Source: Nitrospinae bacterium CG11_big_fil_rev_8_21_14_0_20_45_15 (GTDB lineage Bacteria; Nitrospinota; Nitrospinia; Nitrospinales; VA-1). From it: a stretch of 64,000 bases of DNA. The notes beneath the pieces were generated by a model, which made no database searches, was not told the DNA's origin, and saw nothing but the letters and a program-made list of their open reading frames with translations. Location: contig PCWG01000033.1 in the NCBI GenBank assembly GCA_002787235.1, forward strand, positions 62,438 through 126,437. The letters run 5' to 3'. Shown one piece after another: positions 28,382-37,711 of this stretch (positions are counted from its first letter, which is position 1; each line of letters starts with the position of its first letter). The translations under genes were made by a program, and so were the position numbers.

Positions 28382-29940
28382 GATTCGACCCTTTCGCGTA
28401 TGGCTTGAGCGGAAACTTTTCGATCGTCAAAATTTATTTTTTCAGTGCCAATGATTTGATAGTCTTCGTGACCTTTGCCTGCAATGAGAATCAAATCTCC
28501 AGTTTTTGCAAGACCGATGGCTTTGAAAATGGCGGATTTTCGATCAATGCATATTTCATAATCGTCGCCTTCTCTGGCATCTTCAGGCAAACCGGTAAGG
28601 ATGTCGTCAATGATGCTTTGAGGCTCTTCCCGGCGCGGGTTGTCTGAGGTGATGATGGCATAATCGCTCAATTCCAAGGCGACCTGTCCCATCAATTCTC
28701 GTTTTCCCCTGTCACGATTTCCCCCGCAACCGAAAACAACGATCAGCCGATTTTTAGTAACGGCACGCGCCGCATGCAGGGCTTTACTCAAGGCATCGTC
28801 GGTATGCGCATAATCGACGATGACCGCAAAGTCCTGCCCCAGATTTATGGATTCAAAGCGACCGGGAACGCTTCCCAAAGATCGAATGCCTTTGACAATG
28901 TCTGCCAATACGAGGCCTTGCAAAAACGCGACTGCAGTTGCGGTCAGCAGATTGTGTACATTGTGCAAACCTAACAATGAGGTATCGATTGCGACGTTTC
29001 CCGATGGCGTCTTCAGGTCGAAGGAAGTTCCCTTGTCTGAAAGTCGGACGTTCTCAGCAAAAATATCTGCCGGTGAATGGATCCCTATAGAGAGACGCTC
29101 CATGGACAGTTCGTTGAAAATTTCTTTGCCTGCGGGATCGTCAATATTAAGCACAGCCTTTTTGACGTGATTGTTTCCGAATAAAAGTTTTTTCGCGTTT
29201 TTGTAATCGTCCATGGTTTCGTGGAAATCCAAATGGTCGCGAGTCAAGTTAGTGAAAACTCCAACTTCAATATTCAATCCAAAGGCTCTTTTTAGAATAA
29301 GAGCGTGTGATGAAATTTCCAAGAAGCAGTGCTCAATGTTTTGATCGGCCATTTCCCCGAGCATGCGATTCAAGTCAGAAGACTCGGGAGTTGTGAATGA
29401 GGCCGGGAATATTTTCCCACCGTAACGATAATTGATGGTTCCAAGAACACCCGTTTTTTTGTCTGCCGCATTGAAAATGGATTCCAGTAAATAACTGGTT
29501 GTAGTCTTGCCGTTAGACCCCGTGATGCCGGTCAACTTCAATCGATCGGATGGACTTGCATAAAATTCATTGGAAAACTGGGCCAATGCGGCTCTGGCAT
29601 CTGCGACATGGATAAAAGTCGGATGATCTTCACGAGTTTCGAAATTTGAGGCGGGATGTTCTGATACGATAGCGGTTGCACCCCGCGCCACAGCCTCTTC
29701 AATGAATTTTGATCCATCCTGCGACAAACCGGAAACCGCAACAAATACATTGCCAGGCTGAATCCGACGAGAGTCGTATTCCACACCGGTAATCTCGCGC
29801 TCCAAATCTCCACTAAAACCAAGTAGTTTGGTTTTGCGTGTTAAATGTGAAATGGGATATCGGGTTTGCATGGCTGTTTTTTGGGTTGGATTTTCCTCAA
29901 CCGTTGACAATGCGTTTTCCGTTTCGATCAGGGTATTCAT
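28378..29940 (-). CDS. murE: UDP-N-acetylmuramoyl-L-alanyl-D-glutamate--2,6-diaminopimelate ligase
   Basis: ITGSNGKTTT, DYAHTDDAL, GCGGNRDRGKR (DNPR-type meso-DAP motif SDNPR present). Confidence 0.96.
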   Translation of the reverse strand: MNTLIETENALSTVEENPTQKTAMQTRYPISHLTRKTKLLGFSGDLEREITGVEYDSRRIQPGNVFVAVSGLSQDGSKFIEEAVARGATAIVSEHPASNFETREDHPTFIHVADARAALAQFSNEFYASPSDRLKLTGITGSNGKTTTSYLLESIFNAADKKTGVLGTINYRYGGKIFPASFTTPESSDLNRMLGEMADQNIEHCFLEISSHALILKRAFGLNIEVGVFTNLTRDHLDFHETMDDYKNAKKLLFGNNHVKKAVLNIDDPAGKEIFNELSMERLSIGIHSPADIFAENVRLSDKGTSFDLKTPSGNVAIDTSLLGLHNVHNLLTATAVAFLQGLVLADIVKGIRSLGSVPGRFESINLGQDFAVIVDYAHTDDALSKALHAARAVTKNRLIVVFGCGGNRDRGKRELMGQVALELSDYAIITSDNPRREEPQSIIDDILTGLPEDAREGDDYEICIDRKSAIFKAIGLAKTGDLILIAGKGHEDYQIIGTEKINFDDRKVSAQAIRERVES

Positions 29941-31682
29941 TACGCACGATCCAAAATGAAAACTTGTTCTTTGCTTGATGGAACGTTCAAATATCTCAGT
30001 ACTTGTTTTGCAATCTTATGGAAAACAGGCGCGGCAACTGTTCCCCCCCAATGCTTTTCTTTGGGTTCGTCAATCATGACGAGTATTGCCAGACGAGGTG
30101 ATTCGGCTGGGACAAATCCTATAAATGATGCGATGTACCCAGTTTCTGAATAGCTCTTGGTTTCAGGGTCCATTTTTTGAGCAGTCCCTGTTTTTCCTGC
30201 GACATCGTAGCCTTCGAGTATGGCGTTTTTCCCAGTACCGTCTTTGACCGCTGATTTGAGTATGTCGGTCATTTTTTTACTGGCTTTCGGTGAGATAGCT
30301 CTTTTGATCGCTCGTGAAGGAAAAACCTTGATTTCTTTCCCATCCTTCATGATGGCTTGTGCGATCTTGGGTTGCATGAGGCGCCCACCGTTGGCAATGG
30401 CACTCAATGCCGAAACCATTTGCAATGGAGTGACGCCAATTTCCTGACCAAATGAAATGGATGCGATGGAACGTTGTGACCACTCTTCAAGAGATTTCAA
30501 TTGGCCACCCGACTCGCCCGGTAAATCGACGCCGGTTTTTTCACCAAAGCCGAATCGTTTGATGTAATCGTAGAAGTTTTCTTCCCCAAGCTTTTGGGCG
30601 ACTTTTACAGAACCAATGTTGCTTGACTTGGCAATAATTTCCTTGAGGCTGAGGTCACCAAATCTATGATTGGCAGCTTCTCGAATGTAGGTTCTCCCGA
30701 ATTTGAAGCTCCCATTTTCACAAAAAAAAGTTTCTTCAGGCTGAATCATGCCTTTATCGAGAATTGCCGATGCGACGATGGGTTTGAAGATAGAACCCGG
30801 CTCATAAGAGCTGGACACAACGTGGTTGGTCCAGGTAGAAGGCTTGTACGACATGTACTGATTGGGATTGAATCCCGGTATGTTCGCCAGAGCGAGTATC
30901 TCTCCGCTATAGGGATCCATGACGACCGCAAAACCTGACTTCGCGTGAAATTTCTCTACCTGTTCGCGCAAGTGAAGTTCTGTCGTAAATTGGATCACTT
31001 CGTCAATTGTTAGCCTGACATCCCGACTGCCTTTATTTGCGTTTGCCGAGTCAAAAGAGGAGACCGATCGACCCCGTGCATCCTTCTCCATAATTTTTAA
31101 CTGGGTGAATCCTTTTAGGTAGGAGTGATGACGCAATTCAACCCCCGAAAGACCCTGATTGTCCATCCCCACAAAACCAATCACACTGGATGCCAACTCG
31201 CGCTTGGGATAAAAACGCTTGTGTTCCATTACAAAGTTGATGCCCGCGAGACCCAACTGACGTACATTTTCAGCTTCAGCAAAAGTGCATTTACGCTTGA
31301 TCCAGACGAATTGTTTTTTTGAGGAAATTTTCTTTCGCAAGGAAGCAAGATCCAAACCCAGGCTTTTCGAAAGAGCCTGAGCTGTTTTTTCTTTGTCAAA
31401 AATTATTTGAGGAGATGCATAGATAGATTCAGTTTCCAGATTGGTTGCCAGAGGCGTCCCATTCCGGTCTAAAATTTGCCCGCGTCCGTAGTCGATTTTT
31501 ACAGTTAATTGATATTGCTTTTCTGATTGAGCCGAAAGAATATCGTGCTGACTTATTTGCAGGTAAGACAGCCTGACGCAAAGCGCGAGAGCGAACACAG
31601 CGAAAAAAGAAAATATTATCCCGAGCCGAGAGGTGAAGCTCTCAGGCATATCGGAATTACTAGCTGTCTTCTTTTTTGACAT
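29940..31682 (-). CDS. ftsI: Peptidoglycan D,D-transpeptidase FtsI (PBP3)
   Basis: N-terminal TM, PBP dimerisation domain, SxxK (GSIFKP), SSN, KTGT motifs. Confidence 0.96.
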   Translation of the reverse strand: MSKKKTASNSDMPESFTSRLGIIFSFFAVFALALCVRLSYLQISQHDILSAQSEKQYQLTVKIDYGRGQILDRNGTPLATNLETESIYASPQIIFDKEKTAQALSKSLGLDLASLRKKISSKKQFVWIKRKCTFAEAENVRQLGLAGINFVMEHKRFYPKRELASSVIGFVGMDNQGLSGVELRHHSYLKGFTQLKIMEKDARGRSVSSFDSANANKGSRDVRLTIDEVIQFTTELHLREQVEKFHAKSGFAVVMDPYSGEILALANIPGFNPNQYMSYKPSTWTNHVVSSSYEPGSIFKPIVASAILDKGMIQPEETFFCENGSFKFGRTYIREAANHRFGDLSLKEIIAKSSNIGSVKVAQKLGEENFYDYIKRFGFGEKTGVDLPGESGGQLKSLEEWSQRSIASISFGQEIGVTPLQMVSALSAIANGGRLMQPKIAQAIMKDGKEIKVFPSRAIKRAISPKASKKMTDILKSAVKDGTGKNAILEGYDVAGKTGTAQKMDPETKSYSETGYIASFIGFVPAESPRLAILVMIDEPKEKHWGGTVAAPVFHKIAKQVLRYLNVPSSKEQVFILDRA

Positions 31683-31688
31683 GGGATT

Positions 31689-32006
31689 TTATTTTAAAAA
31701 TATGGTGACCAACTGTGGAGCCGTAGGCTCTTTCATCCCTAAACGCCCCAATGCAATGGATCGGACTCTGGAAAGCGAGCGTAAGCTTTCCACTTCGAGC
31801 TTGAGACGTTGATTTATTTTGAGGAGTTTTTTCCTCTCCGTAGCATGAGCCTGATAATCATAAGACTGCTGAATCATTTTTACATTGGACCAGACAAAGG
31901 CCATGGCACCGGTTCCAAACAAAATGAAAAAACCCAAAGCGATTCTTATTTCGCGCGCGGACAGGCGGAATTGACTTTTTGCCAAACGACGCCATTTGCT
32001 AGACAT
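31689..32006 (-). CDS. ftsL: Cell division protein FtsL
   Basis: Small bitopic protein (TM plus coiled coil) between rsmH and ftsI. 8-nt overlap with rsmH. Confidence 0.85.
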   Translation of the reverse strand: MSSKWRRLAKSQFRLSAREIRIALGFFILFGTGAMAFVWSNVKMIQQSYDYQAHATERKKLLKINQRLKLEVESLRSLSRVRSIALGRLGMKEPTAPQLVTIFLK

Positions 32007-32934
32007 AAACCCTTTCTGCTACTCGTAATTTCGAGCTGGCTGATCTTGAATTGCGATCGATTTCTTCTTGCGAGGGGCGAATAGGGCGACGAGTCAACAC
32101 TCGCAAGGTTTGTTTTTTATTGCAGACGCAAACGGGAATTTTGGGTGGACAGATGCAGTCACACTCCTCTTCCCGAAAAAAATTCTTAACAATCCGATCT
32201 TCCAACGAGTGGAAGGAAATAACGGCAACGCGAGCTGCCGCGTCGAGGAATTCCAAAGAATCCCTCAACGCGATTTTTAAATTTTGCAGCTCGTTGTTTA
32301 CTGCAATGCGCAATGCCTGGAAGGTGCGGGTTGCGGGGTGGATTCTGGCATGCCGGGATGCAGGCATCACGGCTGATATGAGGTTTGCTAGTTGTAGCGT
32401 GGAGGTTAGAGGATTTTTGCTTTGCGCTTTGCGTATCTCCCGCACAATTCGTTTGTAATTTTTTTCTTCTCCGTAATCTCTAATAATGTCTTGCAATTCT
32501 TTATCACTGGAATTTTCCAATATATCCTTAGCAGTTAACCCGCATTCAGGGTTCATTCTCATGTCCAGAGGACCATCGAAACGGAAACTGAACCCTCGCT
32601 CAGGAACATCCAATTGCCTTGAAGAAACTCCCAGGTCCAAAATCAGTCCCTGTATTTTGTCTATTCCGTTTTGACGGAGTAATTTTGCAATCTCACCGAA
32701 GTTTCCGCGAGCATAGGCCACCCGATCCCGATACGGCTCCAATCTTTCCTGAGCACGTTTGAGCGCATAGGGATCTTGGTCAATCCCAAGAACCTTCACA
32801 TCAGGATTCGAATTTTCCAGAATATATTGCGTATGACCCCCATCCCCCAATGTGGCGTCCACGACCCATCCCTCTCTTGCAGAGATTAAATAACGAAGTG
32901 CTTCTTCCTTTAAAACTGACTGGTGATATTCCAT
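31999..32934 (-). CDS. rsmH: 16S rRNA (cytosine1402-N4)-methyltransferase
   Basis: DATLGDGGH, GIDQDP, DLGVSS, SFHSLEDR motifs. Confidence 0.97.
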   Translation of the reverse strand: MEYHQSVLKEEALRYLISAREGWVVDATLGDGGHTQYILENSNPDVKVLGIDQDPYALKRAQERLEPYRDRVAYARGNFGEIAKLLRQNGIDKIQGLILDLGVSSRQLDVPERGFSFRFDGPLDMRMNPECGLTAKDILENSSDKELQDIIRDYGEEKNYKRIVREIRKAQSKNPLTSTLQLANLISAVMPASRHARIHPATRTFQALRIAVNNELQNLKIALRDSLEFLDAAARVAVISFHSLEDRIVKNFFREEECDCICPPKIPVCVCNKKQTLRVLTRRPIRPSQEEIDRNSRSASSKLRVAERVYV

Positions 32935-33008
32935 GGGCCTTGCCGAATAAAAACATCGCGATGGAATATGCTGACTCGAACTTTTTTAATAGTCGTCATT
33001 GACTTTTA

Positions 33009-33413
33009 CTAATCCTCATCTTGCTCAGCTTCCAGCCATCGCTGTTTAGACCAGATTTCAAATGACTCCAACATGCCGACAAGAACGATTTCACCCTGAA
33101 CATCAATTTCAGCAGTGTCTCTTTGGTTTGCAGGTATCAAAAGCTTGCCCGATTTGATTTCAACCTCGACGGCCCTGGAAACAATTTTGCGAATTTTTTT
33201 ACGGTCATCATTATTTGTCGTATCTAAATCTTGCAAACGCTCTTTGTTGCGCGCCCATTCCTTTTGAGGAAATACGATCAAATATCCATTCATGTAGGTC
33301 ATGACCAACTGAGAAGTACATTCCTTCTCCAAGACACTGCGGAATTTCACAGGAACGTTGAAGCGGCCTTTATCATCCAGGCTCGTCTGATATGTCCCTA
33401 AAAAACCGTTCAT
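33009..33413 (-). CDS. mraZ: Transcriptional regulator MraZ
   Basis: F.G.....LD.KGR...P..FR (two SpoVT-AbrB-like halves). First gene of the dcw cluster. Confidence 0.95.
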   Translation of the reverse strand: MNGFLGTYQTSLDDKGRFNVPVKFRSVLEKECTSQLVMTYMNGYLIVFPQKEWARNKERLQDLDTTNNDDRKKIRKIVSRAVEVEIKSGKLLIPANQRDTAEIDVQGEIVLVGMLESFEIWSKQRWLEAEQDED

Positions 33414-33425
33414 GGAATTTGAAAC

Positions 33426-33522
33426 CCTTTCGCTACAAGAATAGTCACTTTAAAAACCGTTCATGAAAATTACGATCCGTTTGCTACAGTACTAACCACT
33501 TTGTGACACTTTATGACAGATA
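33426..33522 (-). promoter_or_regulatory. Candidate MraZ operator: two sets of 10-bp-phased direct repeats with AAAGTG[G/T/A] cores
   Basis: Minus strand 33522->33484 reads TATCTGT-CAT-AAAGTGT-CAC-AAAGTGG-TTA-GTACTGT-AG. A second set, AAAGTGA-CTA-TTCTTGT-AGC-GAAAGGG, lies at 33451->33426. The two sets form a ~26-nt imperfect direct repeat (period 51). Confidence 0.6.
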
Positions 33523-33547
33523 CTAGCATATTCGCGACACTTGTCAA
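33520..33547 (-). promoter_or_regulatory. Sigma-70-like promoter upstream of mraZ (Pmra candidate)
   Basis: Minus strand: TTGACA (33547-33542), 16 nt, TAGTAT (33525-33520). The phased repeats begin at the -10 element. Confidence 0.55.
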
Positions 33548-33935
33548 TGTAAAATCAATTAAATCTGTTCTTTGGATATTTTTATTTTTGATGATCTTTG
33601 AGATGGGGATTTCTGTTTTATGTATATAAAGGAAACAATTGATTCATTGATCTTAAAAAAATGAAGCGCAATTGTTGCTCGGATGCCGGTGTTGGATTGC
33701 TGAAACGAAGCAAAAATCAATGCTTTTGGAAGGGTGGAGGTTGGGAAAAAAACCTTGAAGCGAAATAATAAAATATGATCCGACTTGGGCAGGCTCATCC
33801 CACGCGGCAGGGCTGGAACCCGGGGGGATTCAAAACTACGGAATTGCTTTGACAAGATGAAATTTGCAGTGATATCATTAATACGATCCTTAATCACTTT
33901 GATCTCATTAACTTTCTTGCAAGGCTCTCCATCGC

Positions 33936-34427
33936 ATGAACCATAAAAAAATTAAATTTATTGTAGGCAGTTTGTTGATTGTTGGCGCGATTGGTTATTT
34001 GATCAGTGCTAGCATCAGTAGCACTTCCCAATACTTTTTCACCGTGGAAGAGTTGGCGGCACAAAAAGTTTCATTTGAAGGCGAAGGACTCAAGATAAAA
34101 GGCAATGTTGTCAATGGCTCGATTCAGAGAGATCCTAATGATTCTCTTAAGGTACGGTTTTCAATAGAAGAGAATAAGTCTCACTTGAATGTGGTTTATC
34201 AAGGTATTACCCCGGACATGTTTCTGGATGGGGGAGAAGTGGTGGTTGAAGGGACTCTGGATTCCACGGGGCTCTTTCACGCCAATGTTTTGATGACCAG
34301 TTGTCCTTCCAAATATGAAGCGGAAAAGGAAGCGGGAAAAATGCACCCAGGAGAAATTCCTCTCAACGGTGGCAGTAAGGGGATGGATCTCAATAAAACC
34401 GCACCTCCGGTTAAAACCACGATATAA
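33936..34427 (+). CDS. ccmE: Cytochrome c-type biogenesis haem chaperone CcmE, CxxxY variant
   Basis: N-terminal TM plus an OB-fold (V.G.V......F...D.......V.Y.GI.PD.F..G..VV.EG). The haem-binding site reads VLMTSCPSKY (Cys123 at 34302-34304) where canonical CcmE has H-x-x-x-Y. Confidence 0.9.
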   Translation: MNHKKIKFIVGSLLIVGAIGYLISASISSTSQYFFTVEELAAQKVSFEGEGLKIKGNVVNGSIQRDPNDSLKVRFSIEENKSHLNVVYQGITPDMFLDGGEVVVEGTLDSTGLFHANVLMTSCPSKYEAEKEAGKMHPGEIPLNGGSKGMDLNKTAPPVKTTI

Positions 34428-34566
34428 TAAAACGTCTTTTGATGGTTGGGCTATGCTTGACAGGAAAGAGGGTTTTGTGGCTGAAGACGGCCTTGAAATC
34501 AGATGATCCTGTAAACAGCGTTGTATATTAAGACGTGCTTATAAAAAAAATCGGATACTAAAAAAA

Positions 34567-36579
34567 ATGAATGAAATTGGCGAATTTGCGTTGATGATCG
34601 CCTTGGCGACCTCGTTGTACGGTTGTGTGACTTATGTAATGGCCGCAAGAGGAAACCGGGTTGATTTGTATTTGAGTGCTGAAAAAATTCCCTTTATTTT
34701 ATCTGCCTGTGTGATTGTTGCCTCGGCGGCTTTGTTGCGTGGGCTTTTGATGGATGATTTCAGTCTTCAATACGTGTGGGCTTACTCTAACCGCGATTTA
34801 GACACCTTCTACAAAATTTCCTCTTTTTGGGGCGGGCAAAAAGGTTCGTTATTATTTTGGACCCTTCTTTTAACCTGCTATACGCTTGTTGTCCATATCC
34901 AAAATAGAAAAAGGAACGCGATGGTTGTTCCTTATGCAATGGTCGTGCTGATGGCGATCACTACCTTTTTTTTAGTTCTGCTGAATTTTTCTACCAATCC
35001 TTTTGAGGTGATCCCGGTTCCGCCAGAGGATGGTCGCGGTCTCAACCCGCTTCTGCAAAACTACTGGATGGTTATTCATCCGCCCACTTTGTATTTGGGA
35101 TATGTCGGATTTACGGTTCCCTTTGCGTTTGCGATGGCGGCACTCATCTGCAAAAATCTGGATGATAGCTGGATTCGTCTGACACGGAAATGGACCCTGG
35201 TATCCTGGTTCTTCCTTTGCATGGGCAATCTGTTCGGCGCGCAATGGGCCTATCTTGAATTGGGCTGGGGTGGTTATTGGGCCTGGGACCCGGTTGAGAA
35301 TGCGGCGTTCATGCCATTGCTTGTTGCAACGGCATATCTGCACTCGGTTATGATTCAGGAAAAGAAAGACATGATGAAGGTGTGGAACATGTCTCTTGTT
35401 CTGCTAACTTTTGTGATGACTATTTTTGGAACTTTCATCACCCGAAGCGGTTTGATTCAATCCGTTCATACCTTTGATGAAGCAACTCTTGGATATTATT
35501 TTTTAGCGTTTTTAGGGGTGATCATTGCTATTTGCGTGGGGCTTATTTTATCGCGCCTGCCGCTCCTCAAAAGTAAAAATGAGCTGGATTCTTTTCTATC
35601 CCGCGAAAGCAGTTTTCTTTTCAACAATCTGTTATTGCTGGGGATCTGTTTTGCTACCTTCTGGGGTACGATTTTCCCCATCATTTCTGAAGCGGTGCGC
35701 GGGGTTAAAATCACTGTAGGCCCGCCATTTTATAATCAGGTCAACGTTCCTATTGGCTTGGCACTTCTGGCTTTGATTGGTATTGGTCCCATTATTGCCT
35801 GGCGCAAGGCAACCTGGTCTAACCTCAAGAAAAACTTTCTCAAGCCTTTGTTGGCCGGTCTTCTGGCGGCAGGGGCATTGTTCCCGTTTCTTCCTTTAGG
35901 AAATCGCTCGGAAATTTACTCTTATATAACGTTTGTGTTGTGTGTGTTTGTTATGACGACCATCCTTATCGAGTTTTTTAAGGGGACGGTTGCCCGCAAG
36001 AGTTTGCATGATGAAAAGCTGATCGAAGCGTTGGGGTCCCTGGTGTGGCGAAGCAAGTCGCGCTACGGTGGGTACATCGTTCATATTGGGGTGGTTTTGA
36101 TTTTTGCCGGGATAGCGGGTTCTCAATCCTATGGTGCGCATACGGAAAAACGAATGAAGATCGGTGAAAGCGTCGTCGTTAAAGATTTCACCTTCACCTA
36201 TGAACGATTGGGATTCATTGAAGAAAACGCAACGAAGACGCGCGCTATTGCACAGGTGGGTGTTTATAAGGATGGGAAAAGGGTGTGGACGGGCCAACCT
36301 GAAAAGGAATTTTATAAAGGACAGAATCAGCCTGTCTCGGAGGTCGACGTTCTTTCGACCTGGCAACAGGATTTGTATTTGATATTGGCGGATTTTACCG
36401 AAGATGAATCTGCGACCATAAAGGTTTACGTCAATCCGATGGTGAGCTGGATATGGATGGGTGGCTGGGTCATCGCTTTTGGAACGCTGGTTTCGGTATG
36501 GCCCGACAGGTTGGAACAGCGTCGCCGATTGGAGCGAATGAAAATCCAGTCTGCGGTATTCTCTCCGGCTCAGGAATAA
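34567..36579 (+). CDS. ccmF: Cytochrome c-type biogenesis protein CcmF (haem lyase subunit)
   Basis: 670 aa, multi-TM, WGGYWAWDPVEN tryptophan-rich motif. Confidence 0.95.
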   Translation: MNEIGEFALMIALATSLYGCVTYVMAARGNRVDLYLSAEKIPFILSACVIVASAALLRGLLMDDFSLQYVWAYSNRDLDTFYKISSFWGGQKGSLLFWTLLLTCYTLVVHIQNRKRNAMVVPYAMVVLMAITTFFLVLLNFSTNPFEVIPVPPEDGRGLNPLLQNYWMVIHPPTLYLGYVGFTVPFAFAMAALICKNLDDSWIRLTRKWTLVSWFFLCMGNLFGAQWAYLELGWGGYWAWDPVENAAFMPLLVATAYLHSVMIQEKKDMMKVWNMSLVLLTFVMTIFGTFITRSGLIQSVHTFDEATLGYYFLAFLGVIIAICVGLILSRLPLLKSKNELDSFLSRESSFLFNNLLLLGICFATFWGTIFPIISEAVRGVKITVGPPFYNQVNVPIGLALLALIGIGPIIAWRKATWSNLKKNFLKPLLAGLLAAGALFPFLPLGNRSEIYSYITFVLCVFVMTTILIEFFKGTVARKSLHDEKLIEALGSLVWRSKSRYGGYIVHIGVVLIFAGIAGSQSYGAHTEKRMKIGESVVVKDFTFTYERLGFIEENATKTRAIAQVGVYKDGKRVWTGQPEKEFYKGQNQPVSEVDVLSTWQQDLYLILADFTEDESATIKVYVNPMVSWIWMGGWVIAFGTLVSVWPDRLEQRRRLERMKIQSAVFSPAQE

Positions 36580-36588
36580 AGAAAAAAT

Positions 36589-37134
36589 ATGTTTACTAAA
36601 AATATAGAGCCTGTGCAAGCGTCGGTTCCTCGTGCATTGTTTGGCGGGAAAGGTTTTTGCAATGGGATGATTGTTCTGTTGTTTGTTTTTTTGAGTGTTT
36701 TTCCTGTGAACAAAGCGCACTCTTCGGCAATGCTGGCCGATCTGGAAAACGCGCTCATGTGTACCTGTGATGACAAGTGCGGAAAAGTTCTTGGCAATTG
36801 CACTTGTGACTCCTCCGATAAAATTCGCATGGGATTTGCGGCGCAATTGGAATCGGGGCTAACCGTTCAGCAAATCATAAAAGAGCAGGTCGCTAAATAT
36901 GGTGAATCTGTATTATCTTCTCCCACCAAGACAGGGTTCAATATCACCGCTTGGGTAACCCCTTTCATTGCAATTGTTGCCGGTGGTTTTGGAATCCGCA
37001 AAGTCGTTCAAAGCTGGGCTGGAAAGAAGCAAGGCAAGGACGCTTCCGAGGACGATAAGAGTGCTGTTGAACCGACCGCGCCGACAAAGTATTCCAGCAA
37101 ATTGCAGGATGAATTGGATAAATTAGACTCCTAG
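36589..37134 (+). CDS. CcmH/NrfF-family protein with atypical Cys-rich motif
   Basis: Architecture matches CcmH (leader, Cys motif, ...G.T..QI....V..YGESVL..P...GFN..AW..P, C-terminal TM). The motif is C-T-C-DDK-C-GKVLGN-C-T-C instead of LRCxxC. Confidence 0.65.
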   Translation: MFTKNIEPVQASVPRALFGGKGFCNGMIVLLFVFLSVFPVNKAHSSAMLADLENALMCTCDDKCGKVLGNCTCDSSDKIRMGFAAQLESGLTVQQIIKEQVAKYGESVLSSPTKTGFNITAWVTPFIAIVAGGFGIRKVVQSWAGKKQGKDASEDDKSAVEPTAPTKYSSKLQDELDKLDS

Positions 37135-37135
37135 A

Positions 37136-37453
37136 ATGAACCTAGTCCATTTAGTTGAATTATTATTATTGGTGACGATTCTGATCGTTATTGGTTTGCC
37201 CTTATTTGGTAAACTTCCCCGGAATATTCTGTTTGCTCCGGTCGATCCTGCAAACGAGGAATTCAAACACCTTTTGGTGCGCAAGGAAGAAGTTTTGCTC
37301 GCGATTAAGGATCTTGAATTTGACTGGAAGACAGATAAGGTTTCGGCCAATGACTATTCTGAAATGAAGGGCAAGCTGGAAGGCGAGGCGATGAAGTTAC
37401 TGGAACGCCTTGATCAGCTCGAAAAAGAAGGGAAAAAACGCAAGAAGAATTGA
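37136..37453 (+). CDS. Small single-TM / coiled-coil protein; possible CcmI-like N-terminal module
   Basis: ATG lies 1 nt after the ccmH-like stop. N-terminal TM, then a charged helix (LEFDWKTDKVSANDYSEMKGKLEGEA) resembling the membrane-proximal part of CcmI/CycH. Weak assignment. Confidence 0.4.
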   Translation: MNLVHLVELLLLVTILIVIGLPLFGKLPRNILFAPVDPANEEFKHLLVRKEEVLLAIKDLEFDWKTDKVSANDYSEMKGKLEGEAMKLLERLDQLEKEGKKRKKN

Positions 37454-37711
37454 TTTGTCTGGAACGATTGCCGGGTGAAGTAGCGACCCTGTGACGTTGG
37501 CAATGAATCTTGCAGAAGTTTTTTTTAGTTTATTGAGTTGCCTTTGGCGTCATCTGTACAAAACATATCATCATGGCAGTCTTTGTAAATTCACACAGAA
37601 TCATGCGGCCTGCCATATAGGGCGCGATGGCTTTGGCCCGTTTTGTTGTGTTTTTTCCTCTTTAACGCGTTCTTTTTTTCAGTAGCCTGCAGGTTGATTG
37701 ACTCCTTTTTT

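Noticed and set aside
33559-33897. 112-aa minus-strand ORF in the mraZ-ccmE intergenic region
   Set aside because: It has no RBS and an AT-rich, low-complexity translation. It lies in a divergent promoter region, so it is most likely non-coding.
35896-36846. 316-aa minus-strand ORF overlapping ccmF and ccmH-like
   Set aside because: It is entirely antisense to confidently identified ccm genes. The sequence is Arg/His-rich and nonsense-like, so it is a shadow ORF.
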